Origin: Scyliorhinus canicula
Lineage: Eukaryota
Direction of reading: 5' to 3'
Length of the DNA stretch: 64,000 bases
Assembly (NCBI RefSeq): GCF_902713615.1
Contig: NW_024055467.1
Location: forward strand, 62,001 to 126,000
Shown one piece after another: positions 58,921 through 64,000 of the stretch; the stretch's first letter is position 1; the number at the start of each line of letters is the position of its first letter. The translations under genes and the position numbers were made by a program. Below the pieces are notes generated by a model. It was given only the letters and a program-made list of their open reading frames with translations, did not search any database and was not told the origin of the DNA.

Positions 58921-60179
58921 CGAGAATAGCACCAGGGATAAGGAACTCCAGTTATTTTGAGAGACTGGAGCAGCTGAATTTCTCTCTGAGATCACAGCAT
59001 CTGGAGGGTGGGGAATGGGGCCATTCAGCCCTTTGAGGCTAAGTCGGCTCTCTGTGGAGCAAGCCAGTCTGTCCATTGCCCTGTTCTATCCCCAAATTTG
59101 TGCAGGTTTATTTCTCTCGGTGCCTGTCCAATTTCCGATTGAAATCCTTCCGTCATCTCTGCATCTCCTACCCTCATAGGCAGTAGGTTCCAGGTCATTA
59201 CCACTCACTTTACATGTACGCAAGGCTCCTAGAGCACAGAGGAGTCTATTTGGCCCATTTTCCCCATGCCAGCTCTTTGTTCAGCGAACCATTTAATCCC
59301 AGAGTTCGACTATTTTGTTTTCTTTTTCGGAATGTATCAAATGTCAGTCTAATGGGGCCCGACCACCATTTACAGACAGTGTATTCCAAATCACAACAAC
59401 TCACTATGTTTTACAACAAACAATTGTGCATATGGTGTGTCTGGAGGCTCACAGAGTATTCATAATGAAGTCAACACCATGGTTATTACACAAAATTAAG
59501 ACTCAGTCTTCATCAATGATTCTGGTGAGGACACCGAGTGAAAAATATATCCGAGTTTGCGGACAATTAGAACAAATGTACATTTCTATAAAACCTCTCA
59601 CTACCACTGGACCTCTTAAAGTGTTTTAAAGCCAATGGAGTACTTTTGAAACATATACACTGTTGTAATGGAGGAATCTGTGAGGATGGATGTGTGATCA
59701 CATTTAGTTTTAAAATTGTTATTTTCATAGTGTATTCACTGCCATTAGTAACAAGGTCAAGGAAGCCCTTTTATATCTCAAACATGTGGCTTCCTGCAGC
59801 CATTTCACCTTCTGTACCATTTCTATATTAACTATGTATTGATTTCACAGCAAAAAATTATAATTAAATTGATGATTATTCAGTACTGTAGTGAACATTG
59901 GTTAACATTAGTGAATTGGTGTATCAGGTAATTGTATTGCAAAGGCTAGATCTTTGTTTCAAAAAATAACACGACCAACCAAAATGTTTCCAGAGACTGC
60001 AGAGCTATCAGAATTTGTTTGAAAAAATTAATTACTCAATAATTTTGAGAAGTTACTCCATTAATAAAGTCACCAGCAGTTCTGCAGAATCCTTGCAAGA
60101 CAAGATCACAGAACACAGCATTAGACATTATATCCTGTCAAGAATATGTGGGCTAGGTAGTGGTGGAATGGTATTGATT

Positions 60180-60408
60180 AAAAAAAAAAAAAATTTAGAG
60201 TATCCAATTATTTTTTTTCCAATTAAGGGGCAAATTAGCGTGGCCAATCCACCTACCCTGTACATCTTTGGGTTGTGGGGGCGAAACCCACGCAAACACG
60301 GGGAGAATGTGCAAACTACACACGGACAGTGACCCAGAGCCGGAATCGAACCTGAGACATTGGGGCTGTGAGGCAGCAATTCTAACCACTGAGCCACCGT
60401 GCTGCCCT
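60180..60408 (-). mobile_element. Short HE1-head SINE with A/T-rich tail
   Basis: Same structure as 55000-55213. Confidence 0.85.
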
Positions 60409-60409
60409 G

Positions 60410-60752
60410 TATTGTTACTGGCTGAGTAATCCAGAGACCCAGGTTAATGCTCTGGGGATCTGGGATTGAATCTGCCTGTGATAGATATTGAAATTGAATA
60501 AAAGTCCCGAATTAAGTCTGATGATAACATTGTCGATTGTTGTAAAAATCCATCTGGTTCACTAATGTACTTCAGGAAATCTGCTCTTCTGACGTGGTCT
60601 AGCCTACACGTGACTCCAGATCCACAGCAATGTTGTGGTTGATTTGAACGTGCCCTCTGAAATAGCCTCACAAGACACACAGTTCAAGAGCAATTGGAAT
60701 GAGCAGCAATTCCTGGTCCAGCCAGTGACGCCCACCTCCCATGAATGAATAA
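60410..60752 (+). mobile_element. Older tRNA-derived SINE with CCCATGAATGAAT tail
   Basis: Related fragments at 14800-14940, 33150-33650 and 43880-44010. Confidence 0.6.
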
Positions 60753-60965
60753 TTTTTAAGAAGACTTTTCAATTTGAAGACAAGTAAGAAACTGTCTCTT
60801 TGATTGGATTTGATTTATTGTCACGTGTACCGAGGTACAATGAAAAGTATTGTTCTGCGTACAGTCCAGACAGATCGTTCCATACATGAAAAAATAAAGT
60901 GCTGATCTTGGCAGTTTGCTCAGTTCACAAAAGAATTTAATGGCGTTATAGACACCGATTAATAT

Positions 60966-62057
60966 ATATATATTTTTTTAATAAACAATTTCATTGAGGT
61001 AGTTTTTGGCTTTGTAAACAGCTACAGACATCAACAGAAAGAAAGCAAAAAAGGCAAAAATGTGCAAACATCCATGTACTTTCAATACTTCAATCGTAAC
61101 ATACTGCACAAGCCCGCTCCTCTCCCACCGGTACTACCCGCCATATTTTTCCTCCTACTCTACTCTACCCCCCCCCCCCCCCCCCCCCCCCGCTGACGCT
61201 CACTCTCCCGCAAAGAAGTCAATAAATGGTTGCCACCTCCGGGTGAACCCCTGTACAGATCCCCTCTTGGCGAACTTAAGTTTTTCCATACTCAGGAAAC
61301 TCGACATGTCCGCAAGCCACAACTCCGTCTTCGGGGGCTTTGAGTCCCTCCACGCCAATAGTATTCGTCACCAGGCTATCAGGGAAGCAAAGGCCAAAAC
61401 ATCGGCCTCTTTCTCCCCCTGAACTCCCGGGTCTTCCGAAACCCCAAAAATTGCCACCCCTGGTCTCATCACCACCCTTGTTTTTAGCACCCGGGACATG
61501 ATCCCCGCATATCCCTCCCAGTACCCCCTCAGCTTAGGGCATGCCCAAAACATGTGAACCTGGTTCGCTGGTCCTCCCGCGCACCTAGTGCATTTGTCCT
61601 CTATCCCAAAGAATTTGCTCATCCGAGCCCCCGTCACATGGTGAACGACCTTAAATTGAATCAGCCCGAGCCGAGCACATGCCGAATTTACCCTACTCAG
61701 GGCCTCTGCCCACAGCCCGTCCTCCATTTCCCCGCCTAGCTCCTCCTCCCATTTAAGTTTCAGTTCCTCTGTCTGGGACCCTTCCTCCCTCATGAGCACC
61801 TTATAAATACCCGAGACTCTACCCTCCCCTTCTTCCCCCTTAGAGATTATTCTGTCTAGGATCCCCATTGGCGGGAGGCGTGGGAAAGATGGGACCTGTC
61901 TACGAACAAAGTCCCGCAACTGTAGGTACCTAAAATAATTTCCCCTTACCAACCCAAATTTCTCCTCCAAGCTCCTCAAACTCGCAAAGCTCCCTTCCAG
62001 GAAAATATCACCCACCTTTCCCACCCCCGCCCGCCGCCATACTCGGAACCCCCCATC
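60966..62057 (-). mobile_element. 5'-truncated L1 with 13-bp TSD
   Basis: ORF2 C-terminus (CTRC....ANQVHMFWACP), G-rich 3'UTR and AATAAA/poly(A); CACCGATTAATAT at 60953-60965 and 62058-62070. Confidence 0.92.
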
Positions 62058-62961
62058 CACCGATTAATATTTTAATCACCATCCGAAACATGTCTAATGG
62101 TAATGTGTGGTCATAGAGACAGACACAAACAATACTGTGACTGAATTTGAGGAAATGGCAGAGATTGAACTGACCCACATTTATGAAAGATTCGGCCTTA
62201 ATGATAGAGAATCAGGAAAAGTCACTCAGAGAAATGAGGAAATCCAGGCTCAGTGCGGATTTGCTATCACCCCTCTCTTATATGTGAACGGTATTTAGGC
62301 TGCAGAATGTTTCACACCAAAACACAGAGGGTCAAATATAAGCAACACATAATTCTCAATTCACTTCCATTTAATTATATTTGACTTTGTTTAAAAGCAA
62401 CAATCTCAACAAAGATTCAGGGGATCTGAATTACTCAGTGAAATGCTTTCTTTTATTGGTCAGTCATGTTTACAATACAATGGTGTATATTTCAGAGTTA
62501 TTCAGGGTGAAGACTCGAGAGCGATTCAATTCAAAATGAAGTCACAGGTAACACATAAATATACTGATGTTTAATATTGAATAATGAAACAGGTCTTAAG
62601 TAAAATTGGTGGAATTTTTTAATAGGAAGATAAGAATGATGCATTAATGATTGAACAGAGAGCATCGTTAAGTTAGATATTTGCTGAACAAATAATAAAG
62701 TTCAATATAATTTCTATATCTTATGGTCTTACAAGTTGAGACATCTGTTTTAAAGGAATAGTTGTCTTCATGTAATCAGTGACCTGGCCTCCCAGCCGAA
62801 CCATTGAAAGCTGCAGCAAGGCTGTGCAGTTGAATGTTGCACCGGGCCATTGGGTACTGTGCTTCCAGCTGTTTCTGTAGCATAGAGGTTATCACATTCA
62901 TCTAACGCACGAAAGGTATCTGATCCGAAATTGGCAGAAGCATTAAATGCTTCTAATTTAT

Positions 62962-64000
62962 GATGTGGAGATGCCGGCGTTGGACTGGGGTGGGCACAGT
63001 AAGAAGTCTTACAACACCAGGTTAAAGTCCAACACGTTTGTTTCGAATCACTGGCTTTTGGAGCGCAGCTCCTTCCTCAGTGAATGAAGATGTGGGTTCC
63101 ACAGACACACATGGGCAGCGTGGTAGCACACGTGGATAGCACTGTGCTTGACAGCGCCAGGGTCCCAGGTTCGATTCCCCGCTGGGTCACTGTCTGTACA
63201 GAGTCTGCACATTCTCCCTGTGTCTGCGTGGGTTTCCACCGGGTGCTCTGGTTTCCTCCCACAGTCTAAAGACGTGCAGGTTAGGTGGATTGGCCATGCT
63301 AAATTGCCCTTAGTGTTCAAAAATATTTGGAGGGGTTATTGGGTTATGGGGATAGGGTGGAAGTGAGGGCTGAAGTGGGTCAGTGCAGACTCGATGGGCT
63401 GAATGGCCTCCTTCTCTGTATGTTTTATGTTCTATATGTAGAAAAATTCAATGATGCAAAATGGTACTTTGAATGCGAGTCTTTGCAGGTAATTAAGTCT
63501 TTACAGATCCATATGGTGCGACTGGAGAGAGGGATAATCACAGGTTCAAGGTGTGTGAATTGTCTCAAGCCAGGACAGTTGGTAGGATTCCGCAAGCACG
63601 TGTAATGTGACATGAATCCAGGGTCCCGGGTGAGGCCGTACTCATGTGTGCGGAACTTGGCGATTCTGCGTTGTCACGAGTCCTGAAGGCCGCCTTGGAG
63701 AACACTTACCCGAAGATCAACGGCTGAATGCCCTTGACAGCTGAAGTGTTCCCTGACTGGAAGGGAACATTCCTGCCTGCCGATTGTTGCACGATGTCCG
63801 TTCGTCTGTTGTCGCGGCGTCTGCGTAGTCTCGCCAATGTACCACGCCTCGGGACATCCTTTGCTGCAGCGTATGAGGGAGATAACATTGACCGAGTCGC
63901 ACAAGTAGATACCGCATACTTGGTTGGGTGATGTTCTCACGTGAAATGATGGTACCCATGTTGATGATCTGACACGTCTTGCAGAGGTTGCCATGGCAGC
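62962..64000 (-). mobile_element. Penelope-like element 3' part (GIY-YIG endonuclease and terminal repeat) with nested HE1 (63113-63435, +)
   Basis: YLCDSVNVISLIRC..GC...WYIGET...RQ..NGHR; decayed hammerhead at 63048-63083. Confidence 0.88.

Larger units (their letters stand above)
51595..59425. repeat. Right arm of inverted segmental duplication
   Basis: Reverse-complement match to 35045-43200. Confidence 0.9.

Noticed and set aside
62107-62298. 63-aa ORF in apparently unique sequence
   Set aside because: No ATG start, recognisable domain or convincing splice sites.

Overview
Eukaryotic, repeat-dense DNA from a cartilaginous fish (shark or ray), judged from HE1-type V-SINEs, CR1/HER1-type LINEs and shark-style tandem zinc fingers. 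There are no prokaryotic features and no CRISPR array. The window holds one intact five-exon housekeeping gene, EMC4 (180 aa, 4215-7537, +). It sits in a cluster of KRAB-less C2H2 zinc-finger genes, each with a single coding exon: five open ORFs, the 3' tip of a sixth, and three pseudogenes. Two ZNF units lie in the arms of an ~8 kb inverted segmental duplication (~35.0-43.2 kb versus ~51.6-59.4 kb). The rest is mostly CR1, L2, L1, Tx1, Rex1/Babar, RTE and Penelope fragments, several SINE types, a 1.4 kb solo LTR, minisatellites and a tRNA-Lys pseudogene. Most notable observations: (1) an orphan antigen-receptor (TCR-like) V-segment fragment with a 23-bp-spacer RSS; (2) a ZNF family with a near-invariant lead finger, changes at DNA-contact residues and a fixed NRF1-18 bp-YY1 promoter module; (3) Penelope-derived fold-back elements carrying minimal hammerhead ribozymes; (4) one SINE head joined to tails that match different LINE clades. 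All calls are from reading the sequence by eye; repeat boundaries are approximate unless a target-site duplication (TSD) is given.
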